Numbered from the stretch's first letter, positions 27,863 through 37,269 are shown. The stretch is 64,000 nt of DNA from an uncultured Gammaproteobacteria bacterium (GCA_964404275.1 CAYOJH010000002.1:19042-83041); one strand, 5' to 3'. A program made the numbers and translations. The notes: a model not told the origin generated them from the sequence alone.

Positions 27863-28626
27863 AAAGACTCCGCCGCATTCCGGTCCCGGAAAGCGTGCTC
27901 GAAGCCGGCCGCAAACGCCTGCTGGAGTTCATGGCTGAAACGCCGATGGTGCCTCTGGGCCGCCGTCCGATGCTTTTGCGTTGGAGGCCAGCGGCCGTCA
28001 TGCTTCTCGTGGCGGTTTTCGTGACTTCGGGAGGCGGCATCGTCTTCGCCGCCCAGCGCGCGCTGCCGGGCGATCACCTGTATGCCCTGAAGCTGGCAAG
28101 CGAGGAGGTTCAGGAACGCCTGGCGATCTCGCCCGCGCAGAAATTCGCGGTCCAGGCATCCCACGCGGCCCGGCGCCTCGACGAGACCGAGCAGCTCATG
28201 CAGCGCAACGGCCTCGCGCCGCAGGAACGCGTCCTGCGCGTCCAATCGGCCCTCAAAGCGTATGAATCGCATCTCTTCGCCATGAACGTCATCGCGCTCA
28301 CGATGGCCGTCAATCATCCGAAGTCCGAAGACGGACGGAAATCGATCCAGGCCGCCGAGCGCGTGCTCGACCGCCACGCGGCCATGATCGCCTCCGCCAC
28401 CGCCGCGCAGCCGGCCATGACGGATGCGGTGCTGGATCCGATCGACGAGGACATCGAATTGCAAACCGACATGATGGGGGTCATGCCCGCCGCGTCCGGC
28501 TCCGATTCCGAAGAGGAGAATCTGCAGCACCGTCATGAAGAACGCACCCGGAAGATCGAAGAGCATCTGAAGTCGCTGCAGCTCGATCTGGGCGGAAGAT
28601 CGCTTCAACCGATGCCGAAATCGTGA
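27838..28626 (+). CDS. Putative anti-sigma factor, membrane protein with a DUF5667-like domain
   Basis: Overlaps the sigma gene. TM segment AAVMLLVAVFVTSGGGIVFAA then LPGDHLYALKLASEEV, the hallmark of DUF5667. Confidence 0.6.
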   Translation: MSCHPRELKRLRRIPVPESVLEAGRKRLLEFMAETPMVPLGRRPMLLRWRPAAVMLLVAVFVTSGGGIVFAAQRALPGDHLYALKLASEEVQERLAISPAQKFAVQASHAARRLDETEQLMQRNGLAPQERVLRVQSALKAYESHLFAMNVIALTMAVNHPKSEDGRKSIQAAERVLDRHAAMIASATAAQPAMTDAVLDPIDEDIELQTDMMGVMPAASGSDSEEENLQHRHEERTRKIEEHLKSLQLDLGGRSLQPMPKS

Positions 28627-28643
28627 TAGGCTTTCTCCGTCGT

Positions 28644-29261
28644 ATGACGGAGAAAGCTTTGTATTTTAAAAGATTTCTTGGAGTCTTTTTGCTGGTCCTG
28701 CTCGCGGCCAGGCCCGTTTTGGCGGCCACGCAGCCGGCGGCCGACACGGACGGGGACGGCCTGAGCGACGCCGACGAAATCCTGTACGGCACCGATCCGT
28801 TCAATGCCGATAGCGATCACGACGGCTACCCTGACGGACTCGAAGTCCAGAACGGCTACGATCCGACCAAGCCTGACGGCGCGAAGCTGAAGAAGCGGAT
28901 CGTCATCACGCTCGCTTCGCAAAACCTGGAATACGATCTCGGCCCGAAGACGCTCGGCGCCTATCGCATCTCGACCGGCCGGCCCGGCCACCCGACTCCC
29001 GTCGGCACCTTCGCCATTCTCGACAAGAAACCGCGAGCCTGGTCGAATGAAGCCAAGCTTTGGATGCCCTGGTGGATGCCGTTCAAGGGCACGTCCTACG
29101 GCATCCACGAGCTGCCCGAATGGCCCGGCGGCAAGAAGGAGGGCGCGAACCATCTCGGCACGCCCGTCTCCGGCGGCTGCGTCCGGCTGGGCATCGGTCC
29201 CGCCAAGACGCTCTACGACTGGGCCGAGGTCGGCACCGAAGTGATCATCAAAAAGACCTGA
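28644..29261 (+). CDS. L,D-transpeptidase (YkuD domain) with N-terminal thrombospondin-type-3-like Asp-rich repeats
   Basis: Signal/TM, DTDGDGLSDADE...DSDHDGYPDG calcium-binding-like repeats, and the catalytic HELPEW...SGGCVRL motif. GTG at 28623 is an alternative start. Confidence 0.8.
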   Translation: MTEKALYFKRFLGVFLLVLLAARPVLAATQPAADTDGDGLSDADEILYGTDPFNADSDHDGYPDGLEVQNGYDPTKPDGAKLKKRIVITLASQNLEYDLGPKTLGAYRISTGRPGHPTPVGTFAILDKKPRAWSNEAKLWMPWWMPFKGTSYGIHELPEWPGGKKEGANHLGTPVSGGCVRLGIGPAKTLYDWAEVGTEVIIKKT

Positions 29262-29262
29262 C

Positions 29263-30588
29263 ATGTTCGAACTGCGCGATCCCATCCACCAGACGATCGA
29301 GTTCGACGATCGCGAAAAGGCGGTCATTGATCACGCGATCTTCCAGCGCATGCGCTACGTGCGCCAGCTCGGCTTGTCGTACCTCGTCTATCCAGGCGCG
29401 ACGCATGACCGCTTCAGCCACATGCTCGGCGCGATGCACATCGCCGGCCGCGTTTGGGACAACATCGCCAGCGTCAGCGCGGACGTGCTGAAACCGTTGT
29501 ATAAAAAAGACGACCTGGCGTACTTCCGGCGGATCCTCCGGTTCGCGGCGCTGCTGCATGACGTCGGCCACGCGCCGTTTTCGCACGTGTCGGAAAAACT
29601 CATGCCGAAGTTCGGCGAGCTCGACGCGCCGAGGAAGTGGTACCGCTCGTTCAATGACGCGCATCCGGCCGAGCATGAGGATTATTCGGTCATGATGATC
29701 GCGGCACTCGGCAATGATCCGATGATCCCCATTGCGCCGCACGAAGCCCAAGACATCGCGTCACTCCTCCATCATCAGATCAAGCCTTCTGCGCAGTGGA
29801 AGAAAACCTATGCCGGAAAAAAGGGCGCCATCCACGAACTGCTGAGCGCGCTGATCTCGGGCGAGCTCGACGTCGATCGCATGGATTACCTGATGCGCGA
29901 CGCGCATTTCACGGGCGTGGCCTACGGCTTTTATGACAAGGACCATCTGATCCGCAATCTCGGCGTGACCCTCCTCAAAGGACGGCCGGTGCTGACGATC
30001 GACTCGACTGCCATGCGCGCCTTCGAGGATTTCCTGCTGGCGCGCTACCACATGTTCCTGCAGGTTTACCATCACAAGACCACGAACGGCTTCGACCACT
30101 TCCTGAAGCAGGCCTTCGGGCGGCAGGAAGTCGAGATCCACGTGCCGGGCACGGTCGAAGGCTATCTGCAGATGAGAGACAGCACGTTTCTCGAAGCGCT
30201 TTTCGAGGCGGCCAAAGATCCAAAAAACGTCTGGTCGCGGCGCTTCGCCGAGCGGAAGCCGGCCAAACGCCTCTTTTCCGCGACCGGCGATCGTCCGGAA
30301 ACGCGCGTGACGATGCGACAGCTGCGCAAGAAATTGACCAAGGCCGGCATTCCGCATTTCGCGATCAACTCGCATCAGTATCTTTCGAAACTCGACGCCT
30401 TCCGGAAGCTCCAGAAACCCGGCAGCGCGCGCATGTACGTGCGCGAAAAATCCCTCAATCGGAAAGTGTATACGCCGGTCGAGCATTACAGCGTGTTGCT
30501 CAAGAAATACAACGAGGTCATCGACATCGTGAACCTCTACGTGCTGCCGGAGCACGAGAAAGCGGCCTTGAAAGCGATCGGCGTTTGA
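29263..30588 (+). CDS. HD-domain phosphohydrolase (dNTP-triphosphohydrolase-like)
   Basis: HD motifs HDRFSHMLGAMHIA and LLHDVGHAPFSHVSE; DxD motif ELDVDRMDYLMRD. Confidence 0.75.
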   Translation: MFELRDPIHQTIEFDDREKAVIDHAIFQRMRYVRQLGLSYLVYPGATHDRFSHMLGAMHIAGRVWDNIASVSADVLKPLYKKDDLAYFRRILRFAALLHDVGHAPFSHVSEKLMPKFGELDAPRKWYRSFNDAHPAEHEDYSVMMIAALGNDPMIPIAPHEAQDIASLLHHQIKPSAQWKKTYAGKKGAIHELLSALISGELDVDRMDYLMRDAHFTGVAYGFYDKDHLIRNLGVTLLKGRPVLTIDSTAMRAFEDFLLARYHMFLQVYHHKTTNGFDHFLKQAFGRQEVEIHVPGTVEGYLQMRDSTFLEALFEAAKDPKNVWSRRFAERKPAKRLFSATGDRPETRVTMRQLRKKLTKAGIPHFAINSHQYLSKLDAFRKLQKPGSARMYVREKSLNRKVYTPVEHYSVLLKKYNEVIDIVNLYVLPEHEKAALKAIGV

Positions 30589-30631
30589 GGCTGGACAAGG
30601 CGCGTTTCGCGTGGTACGCTGGCGCATCGTT

Positions 30632-31732
30632 ATGAACCTCGCCACGCTCGAAAAAGCGCTCGAAGGTCAGCCGGCCTATCGTCGGAAGCAGGCGGCGGAA
30701 CTCGTGTTTCGCGGCCTGATTTCCGATTGGGATGAAGCGAGCTCGCTCTCGAAAGAGTTGCGGGCGAAACTGAAAGCGGAAGTGCCGATCTCGAGCGTCG
30801 AGCGCGTGCAGACGTCGTCGTCTTCGAAAGGGGATACGCAGAAAGAAGCACTGCGCTTGAAAGACGGGCAGCTGATTGAAACCGTGCTCATGCGCCATCG
30901 GGACGAGCGCGCCACGGTCTGCGTTTCTTCGCAGGCGGGCTGTCCGATGGCCTGCGCCTTTTGCGCGACGGGCACGCTCGGTTTGAAGCGCAACCTCACC
31001 TCCGAAGAAATCGTCGATCAGGTGCTGCACTTCGCGCGCCTGTTGAAGAAGGAGGACGAGTCGGTCACGAACGTCGTCTTGATGGGCATGGGCGAGCCGC
31101 TTCACAATTACGACAACGTGATGGAAGCGCTGCGCAGGCTGAACGATCCGGAAGGCTTCGGGTTTGGCGCGCGGCGCATGTCGATCTCGACCTGCGGCAT
31201 CGTGCCGGGCATTTTGCGCCTGGCCGACGAGCCGATGCAGGTCAACCTGGCGATTTCGCTGCACGCGCCGAACGACGAGCTGCGCTCGAAACTGATGCCG
31301 GTCAACAAGGCGTATCCGCTCGCGAAATTGTTCGCCGCCATCAAGACGTACGTGCAGAAGAGCGGGCGCAAGGTCATGTTCGAATATTTGCTGATCGACG
31401 GCGTGAACGATACGCCCGAAATCGCCGACGAGCTGGCCGACCTTCTGATCCGCGAGAATCCCGAGGGCAAAAACCGCCCGAGCGGCCTCTATCACGTCAA
31501 TTTGATCAAATACCATACGACCGACGTCGCGGCTTCGGCCGCCGAGCGCTTCGGTTTGCCGATCGATCCGAAATCGGGGACAGGCACCTTTCCGTCTTCC
31601 CCCGTGGAACGCCGCAAAGCCTTCATGCAGGTGCTCGAAGAGCGCGGCATCTCCGTCACGCATCGCATCACCTTCGGCGAAGACATTGACGCCGCCTGCG
31701 GGCAGCTTGCGAACAAGGCCGCGACCCATTAA
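30632..31732 (+). CDS. rlmN: 23S rRNA (adenine2503-C2)-methyltransferase RlmN (radical SAM)
   Basis: CVSSQAGCPMACAFCATG radical-SAM cluster motif and RlmN/Cfr family architecture. Confidence 0.88.
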   Translation: MNLATLEKALEGQPAYRRKQAAELVFRGLISDWDEASSLSKELRAKLKAEVPISSVERVQTSSSSKGDTQKEALRLKDGQLIETVLMRHRDERATVCVSSQAGCPMACAFCATGTLGLKRNLTSEEIVDQVLHFARLLKKEDESVTNVVLMGMGEPLHNYDNVMEALRRLNDPEGFGFGARRMSISTCGIVPGILRLADEPMQVNLAISLHAPNDELRSKLMPVNKAYPLAKLFAAIKTYVQKSGRKVMFEYLLIDGVNDTPEIADELADLLIRENPEGKNRPSGLYHVNLIKYHTTDVAASAAERFGLPIDPKSGTGTFPSSPVERRKAFMQVLEERGISVTHRITFGEDIDAACGQLANKAATH

Positions 31733-31764
31733 TCTGATGCCATCGTCCTTTGAAAGGGGGCCTC

Positions 31765-33018
31765 ATGGCATCGAGAACGTCTCGGAGCCGGAAGGCTCCC
31801 AAGCGCAAGCGCAACCGTTTTTTCGTCCACGGCCGATGGATCACGGTCTCGTACTTCAAAGGCTATGAAAAGCGCCATTTGAAGCCGGACCACATCGATA
31901 TCATGCATTGGCGCGGCGACGGTTCGGAACGCGGCGAGCATATTCCGCGCAACGTGCTCAAGATCGACGAACGCTACGTGGCGGAGACGCCTTTTCTCGT
32001 CAAGATCTTCGCGATCGAGACGATGCGGAAGTGGACGCGCCGCGGCGACAACGAACGCCTGCCGCCGTATCAGGAGCAGCGCAAGTACCTGAAGCAGCAG
32101 CTCTGCCTTCCCGGACCGGCGCCCGACTACGTCGAGCGTCGCGAGTGGAACGAAGAGCATCAGCTGCACGTCTGGTACGTGCGCGGCGACATCGTGCGGC
32201 AGTATTTCGATCCGCACTTCATCTTCGGCGGGCACGATCTCGTCTACGGCTCGTACATCACGATGCCGCGAACGGTCTGGATCGACGTCTGCCAGGACGA
32301 ACGCGAGATCGCCTACACGCTGCTGCACGAGATGGTCGAGCGGAGACTGATGGAACGCGGCTGGTCGTACGCCAAGGCGCACGCCAAGGCGATCGAGGCC
32401 GAGATGTCGCTTCGCTACGCGGAATACGATTCGGACGCCGTCTACGAAGTCGTTTCGGAACCGCTGCCGGTCGAAGCGATCGAGCAGATGACCGACGCCG
32501 GCTGCGGCCCGACCGCCCTCGCGATGCTGCTCGACCACGACGGCATCAAAAAGCCGAACGGCACGCCCTGGACGGAAGCCGATCTCATCGAACTGTGCGG
32601 CTGCGATCCTGCCATGGGAACCGATCACGAGCCGCTCGTGCGGGCCGTACGCTCCATCGTGGGCGAGGCGTTCACGGTCGGCGTGAACGGCACGCTCGAC
32701 GACTTGCGCCGCCTGGTGCTCGAAGAGCGCCGGCCGGTCCTGGTCGGCTGGTGGAACGGCGCCCATCGGACGTCCGAAGAGGTCCAAGCCGATCCCGAGA
32801 TCGACGAGGGCCATTACGGCGTCGTGAAGCACGTGACGACCCATGTCTGGCTGGCCGATTCATGGATCGTCCATCGCGAAGGCCCCGGCGACCATAAGGT
32901 TCGCCTCAAAGAGTTCGCGGAACGCTGGTACGACATGGACGGGACGCCGACCGAAAACGATCCGGGCTATCGCCGGGTCAACGGCTGGCATCTCTACCTG
33001 CACGCCAAGAAAGGCTGA
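31765..33018 (+). CDS. Two-domain protein: basic N-terminus, uncharacterized middle domain, C-terminal C39-like papain-fold cysteine peptidase
   Basis: Q-x5-CGPTALAMLL (catalytic Cys context of Peptidase_C39_2) and a distal EGHYGVV His. No signal peptide. AAAGGGGG Shine-Dalgarno 6 nt upstream of the ATG. Confidence 0.55.
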   Translation: MASRTSRSRKAPKRKRNRFFVHGRWITVSYFKGYEKRHLKPDHIDIMHWRGDGSERGEHIPRNVLKIDERYVAETPFLVKIFAIETMRKWTRRGDNERLPPYQEQRKYLKQQLCLPGPAPDYVERREWNEEHQLHVWYVRGDIVRQYFDPHFIFGGHDLVYGSYITMPRTVWIDVCQDEREIAYTLLHEMVERRLMERGWSYAKAHAKAIEAEMSLRYAEYDSDAVYEVVSEPLPVEAIEQMTDAGCGPTALAMLLDHDGIKKPNGTPWTEADLIELCGCDPAMGTDHEPLVRAVRSIVGEAFTVGVNGTLDDLRRLVLEERRPVLVGWWNGAHRTSEEVQADPEIDEGHYGVVKHVTTHVWLADSWIVHREGPGDHKVRLKEFAERWYDMDGTPTENDPGYRRVNGWHLYLHAKKG

Positions 33019-33049
33019 CCCCGTACCGTCCGGTACGGGGTTTTCTCTT
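33019..33049 (+). terminator. Rho-independent terminator
   Basis: CCCCGTACC-gtcc-GGTACGGGG followed by TTTTCTCTT. Confidence 0.65.
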
Positions 33050-33088
33050 GCCGACCTCTTTTTCCTATGATACGTTTTCGACACACGT

Positions 33089-33937
33089 ATGAAACCGCAG
33101 CGATTCACGATCGTCGGTGTCATGGGCCTCGGCATGGTCGGCGGCGCCATTTTTCGGCACTTCCAAAAGACGGGTTACGTCCCGGGCGAAACGCTCGTCG
33201 GCTATGATCCGGTCAAGGAAGGCCAGAACGATCTCGCGCCGATCCAGAAGGCGGATATCGTCTTCGTGGCCGTGCCGACGCCGTATCTGACGGGCGAAGA
33301 CGGCCGCACCGGCTTCGATTTGTCGCTTGTCCGTTCCGCCATCGAAACGCTCGAGGGCTCCAAAGTCATCGTCATCAAATCGACGGTCCTGCCCGGCGCG
33401 ACGGAAGAACTCCAGGCGGAATTCCCGCATCACAAAATCCTCTTCAATCCCGAATTCCTGACGGAAGTTTCAGCCGACCAGGACATGGCTTTTCCGGATC
33501 GTCAGCTGGTCGGTGCGACCGAGCAGTCGTTCAACGTCGCCGCCGACGTGCTCGCGATCCTGCCGCTCGCGCCGTTCGAGCGCGTCATGAAAGCGCGTGA
33601 AGCCGAGATGGTGAAGTACTACGGCAACACCTGGTTCTCGACCAAAGTCATCTTCGCCAACCAGATGTACGATCTCTGCCAAGCCATCGGCGTCGACTAC
33701 GACACGGTCAAGGAAGCCGCCGCAGCCGACAAGCGCATCGGCCGCACGCATCTCGAAATCTTCCACAAAGGCTATCGCGGTTACGGCGGCAAGTGCCTGC
33801 CGAAAGACACGCGCGCGCTGATCGAGCTGGGTGACAAGCTCGGCGTCGAAATGGCGCTCTTGAAACGCGTCGAAGAGCTGAACAACGCGCTGGTCGCGGC
33901 CCAAGCGGAAAAGAAAGCCGAAACGCAGCCCGCCTGA
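33089..33937 (+). CDS. Nucleotide-sugar dehydrogenase family protein (UDP-glucose 6-dehydrogenase-like), short form lacking the C-terminal domain
   Basis: N-terminal Rossmann IVGVMGLGMVGGAI and catalytic-Cys region GGKCLPKDT. Only 282 aa. Confidence 0.65.
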   Translation: MKPQRFTIVGVMGLGMVGGAIFRHFQKTGYVPGETLVGYDPVKEGQNDLAPIQKADIVFVAVPTPYLTGEDGRTGFDLSLVRSAIETLEGSKVIVIKSTVLPGATEELQAEFPHHKILFNPEFLTEVSADQDMAFPDRQLVGATEQSFNVAADVLAILPLAPFERVMKAREAEMVKYYGNTWFSTKVIFANQMYDLCQAIGVDYDTVKEAAAADKRIGRTHLEIFHKGYRGYGGKCLPKDTRALIELGDKLGVEMALLKRVEELNNALVAAQAEKKAETQPA

Positions 33938-33965
33938 AAACGATCCCTTGAAAGGATCGTTTTTG
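33938..33965 (+). terminator. Rho-independent terminator
   Basis: ACGATCC-cttgaaa-GGATCGT followed by TTTT. Confidence 0.7.
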
Positions 33966-33966
33966 C

Positions 33967-35091
33967 ATGGTAGGTTGGCCCGTTATGTGGCAGCACGACG
34001 GCAAGCCCAAAGTCATGGTCGGCATGTCCGGCGGCGTGGATTCTTCCGTCGCCGCGGCCTTGCTGTTGGATCAAGACTATGACGTCGTCGGCGCCTTCAT
34101 GAAGAACTGGTCCGAAACCAAGGATCCCAAGACGGGGGAGTGCGCCTGGAAAGAGGAGCGACGCGACGCCATGCGCGTGGCAGCCGAGTTGGGGATCCCG
34201 TTCGTGACATATGATTTCGAAAAAGAATACGACGAAGCCGTCGTGCAGTATCTCTATCGAGAATACGCCGCCGGACGCACGCCGAATCCTGACGTGCTTT
34301 GCAACCGCGCGGTAAAATTTGATCTCTTCCTGAAAGCGGCACGCGCGGACGGCGCGGATTTCATCGCGACGGGACACTACGCGCGCGTTTCAAAAAATGA
34401 AAACGGTCGCTATGCGCTTCTTGCCGGACTTGATCGCGCCAAGGATCAATCCTATTTCGTCTTTTCGCTCGGCCAAGAGCAACTGAAGCATGTGCTGTTT
34501 CCGATCGGGCATCTCGACAAGCGCGACGTGCGCGCCTATGCGCGCGAGCGCGGGATCAGCACGGCCGAGAAAAAAGATTCGCAAGGCATCTGTTTCATCG
34601 GCCAGGTCGAGATCCGCGAATTCCTGAAGCGCGCGCTGACCCCGAAACCGGGCGCGATCGTTTCGACCGAAGGAAAAGAACTCGGACGCCATGACGATGC
34701 GCAGGCCTTCACGCTCGGGCAGCGCCAAGGACTTCGCCTTTCCGGCGGCCCGTGGTTCGTGGCGGCGATCGACGTGGCGACGGGGACGGTCACCGTCGCG
34801 CACGGCGCGGATCATCCCGCGTTGTTTAAGGGGAAACTGACGGCGAAAGATTGGCACTGGGTTTCGGGAAAGCCGCCCGAGCTCCCGCTCCGCTGCCAGG
34901 CCCGCATCCGCTATCGCCAGCCGCTTCAAGCCTGCGAGGTACATCTACCTGACACAAATGTACCTGGTACAAAAGTAGCAGATGAATTGGAAGTGCATTT
35001 CGAGAAGCCGCAGCGCGCGGTCACGCCCGGACAATTCGTCGTGCTCTATGCGGGCGACGAAGTCTTAGGCGGCGGCGTCATCGAAAAATAA
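33967..35091 (+). CDS. mnmA: tRNA-specific 2-thiouridylase MnmA
   Basis: PP-loop VGMSGGVDSSVAA and MnmA family Cys motifs. The start may be a downstream ATG. Confidence 0.88.
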   Translation: MVGWPVMWQHDGKPKVMVGMSGGVDSSVAAALLLDQDYDVVGAFMKNWSETKDPKTGECAWKEERRDAMRVAAELGIPFVTYDFEKEYDEAVVQYLYREYAAGRTPNPDVLCNRAVKFDLFLKAARADGADFIATGHYARVSKNENGRYALLAGLDRAKDQSYFVFSLGQEQLKHVLFPIGHLDKRDVRAYARERGISTAEKKDSQGICFIGQVEIREFLKRALTPKPGAIVSTEGKELGRHDDAQAFTLGQRQGLRLSGGPWFVAAIDVATGTVTVAHGADHPALFKGKLTAKDWHWVSGKPPELPLRCQARIRYRQPLQACEVHLPDTNVPGTKVADELEVHFEKPQRAVTPGQFVVLYAGDEVLGGGVIEK

Positions 35092-35116
35092 AAGCTCCCC
35101 GCGCGGGGAGTTTTTT
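35092..35116. terminator. Bidirectional Rho-independent terminator
   Basis: CTCCCCGCGCGGGGAG palindrome with a T-run on both strands. Overlaps the stop of the minus-strand gene. Confidence 0.7.
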
Positions 35117-36285
35117 CAGAGATAGCCGAGCTCACGAAGAAGCGACTGCCGTTCCCAGATCGGACACGGCGCGTTCGTCCTGGCGGCGGTGACGGCCAGG
35201 CCGAAGCCGAGCTGCCGGGCCAAGACGCCGCGATTCTGGAGACAATCTTTCCATTGAAAAGGCCACCAGTCCCGATCGTCGCTCATCGCGCCCATCATCG
35301 CGCCGACCATCGAGGCGACGGTGTCGGTATCGCCGCCGGCGTTGATCGCTTCGAGCACGGCCGCCGTCGGCTCCTGATCTTCGCAATGCCGGTACCAGAT
35401 CGCGAGCGCGAGCGGCACGGTGTTGAGCGAGTCCGCGATGCCTTTGCTGCCGAAGGCCCAGAGCTCTTCCGGCTTGCCGGAGAGCGAGAGCGCGTGGTGC
35501 AGCGCGTAGGAGAAGCGGTCGCGGCCTTTGTGCAGCAGGTTCAGCTGCACGTCCGCCGTTTCGACGCGCGCCTTGAGCAGCGTGAACGCGCCCTCCGGTC
35601 CGAAGCCGCGGACCAGATCGTGGACGACGCTCGCGACCGCGTAGGCGGCGACCGCGCAGAGCGGATCGCCGTGCGTGATGCGGGAGAATTCGAGGATCTG
35701 CATCAACGCTTCGCCGGACGCGAAGACGTCGCTTCTGCCGCGCAGGGCCATGAAGGCCGCGAGCGGCGCGATCTTCATCGACGGGCCGTTGCCGCGGGCC
35801 TTCTCGCGCCGTTGCGCCGGATGCGCGGGATCGCGCGGCTGCGCGGCTTCCCAGAGCGTCCGGTCCGCCGGCTTCTTGAAGGCCGGCGGAGGATGTTTCG
35901 CGAACAGCTTTCGCCGCTCGCGGTACCACTTGTCGATCTCGTAGAGACCGCGCTTGGTGGTGCGACCCCAGCCGGAGACGTCGTTCCAGAGCGCCTTGAG
36001 ATGCAACAGCACTTGGAGCTCATGGACGTAGCCGTCACCCATGATCAGGCCGTCGGCCACGGCGTTCGCGAGCTGGCTGTCGTCCGACGTGGAGCCGGGC
36101 GGCAGGTCGCGCGTGTCGTCGATCTTGCGTTCGATCTTGAGATCGAATCGCGGCCGATCGACGCCGAAGCCGCCGGTCGCGTCCAAGATCTCCTGGCGCG
36201 TCATGCATTCGAACGGCACGCCGAGCGCGTCGCCGAGGTGGACGCCGAGCATCACATTGGCCAGTCGCTGTTTGCTATTGGACAT
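35116..36285 (-). CDS. ADP-ribosylglycohydrolase family protein (DraG/ARH-like)
   Basis: GDALGVPFE N-terminal motif and GGDTDTVASMVGAMMGA C-terminal motif. AAAAGGGG Shine-Dalgarno 5 nt upstream of the ATG at 36285. Confidence 0.75.
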   Translation of the reverse strand: MSNSKQRLANVMLGVHLGDALGVPFECMTRQEILDATGGFGVDRPRFDLKIERKIDDTRDLPPGSTSDDSQLANAVADGLIMGDGYVHELQVLLHLKALWNDVSGWGRTTKRGLYEIDKWYRERRKLFAKHPPPAFKKPADRTLWEAAQPRDPAHPAQRREKARGNGPSMKIAPLAAFMALRGRSDVFASGEALMQILEFSRITHGDPLCAVAAYAVASVVHDLVRGFGPEGAFTLLKARVETADVQLNLLHKGRDRFSYALHHALSLSGKPEELWAFGSKGIADSLNTVPLALAIWYRHCEDQEPTAAVLEAINAGGDTDTVASMVGAMMGAMSDDRDWWPFQWKDCLQNRGVLARQLGFGLAVTAARTNAPCPIWERQSLLRELGYL

Positions 36286-36384
36286 GCGGACCCCTTTTGA
36301 AAGAACGTGGGGGAGCGTAGCAGCGCGCGGGCGTTTCGTCCAGTCTCCCACCCGTGCTATCATAGTCCGGAAATTCCATCATTG

Positions 36385-36546
36385 ATGCGAAATCTCCTCC
36401 GCTTCGCCCGACGCAACAAGTTCCTGCTGATCGCCACGGTTTTGCTGATGGCGGGCGCGGGCTGCGTCGGCGCGGCGCGGCAGGCCAGCCAGCAGCTTTC
36501 GCAGGACGCGCAGAAGCCGATCGAAATTCCCGCCACGCAAAAATAA
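36385..36546 (+). CDS. Small putative lipoprotein or membrane peptide (53 aa)
   Basis: Signal-like FLLIATVLLMAGAGC with a lipobox-like AGC. Followed by a terminator. Confidence 0.4.
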   Translation: MRNLLRFARRNKFLLIATVLLMAGAGCVGAARQASQQLSQDAQKPIEIPATQK

Positions 36547-36573
36547 AGCCGTCCCTGAGAGGGGACGGTTTTT
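36547..36573. terminator. Bidirectional Rho-independent terminator
   Basis: CCGTCCC-tgaga-GGGACGG with T-runs on both strands. Confidence 0.7.
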
Positions 36574-37186
36574 AGAGACAGTGGTTGATCTGGCAGAAGT
36601 GCTGATGATCGATCATCGTGGTGTGCGTTCGGACGACCTTCGGCGTCATGAGGCTTTCGGCATCCTGCGCCTGATGTCCGAGTCCGCCAGCATGACCGAT
36701 CTCGTGTCCTGCGACGCCTTGCATCATCCAGGTCGCGTGCGGTCCCAGGAGCGGATTCAGCAGATCCGGATCCTCGTTGAAGATGACGATGTCGTCATTG
36801 TCGTAGAGGCCGGCGGCATCATCGGAACTCAGATGATAATCGTTCCACAGCTGCCGGCCGTAGTCGGTCAGGTTGTTGCGGTGCGCGTATTTCGTGTCGT
36901 TGATCAGCTGATAGACGCAGTGGACGCCGTCGCCGACGTTGTTCTCGTCGTACGTCGCCATCTCCGGCTTCTGGCCGCCGTAAGCGTAGGGCGCATTGCC
37001 CGTCGCCAGAGTCACGCCGGCGTTCCAGTCCGCGATCGCGGCTTGGATCTGCGTCAGCTGCGCGGGCTGCCACTCTCCGCAAGCGTAGACGGTGGCCGTC
37101 CGGCCTTCGGCGAACTCGGGATACGGACTGAGCGCGTTGCAGGCGGCCGAGAAGACGCAGAAACACGCGATGAGCATGGTCTTCAT
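36572..37186 (-). CDS. Secreted metzincin-type zinc metalloprotease (HExxHxxGxxH)
   Basis: Signal peptide MKTMLIACFCVFSAAC and zinc motif GHEIGHAGGLGH. GGGAGG Shine-Dalgarno 5 nt upstream. Confidence 0.75.
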   Translation of the reverse strand: MKTMLIACFCVFSAACNALSPYPEFAEGRTATVYACGEWQPAQLTQIQAAIADWNAGVTLATGNAPYAYGGQKPEMATYDENNVGDGVHCVYQLINDTKYAHRNNLTDYGRQLWNDYHLSSDDAAGLYDNDDIVIFNEDPDLLNPLLGPHATWMMQGVAGHEIGHAGGLGHQAQDAESLMTPKVVRTHTTMIDHQHFCQINHCL

Positions 37187-37234
37187 GGAAACCTCCCGGC
37201 CTCAATCTTCCATACTTTAGCGCAAATGTCAACC

Positions 37235-37263
37235 TTGCGAGGCGAACGAATCTCTTGTAGATT
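37235..37263 (+). promoter_or_regulatory. Candidate promoter for alaS (-35 TTGCGA, 17 nt, -10 TAGATT) ending 6 nt before the ATG (leaderless)
   Basis: Hexamers read from the sequence. No Shine-Dalgarno between the -10 and the ATG at 37270. Confidence 0.35.
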
Positions 37264-37269
37264 GCCCCT

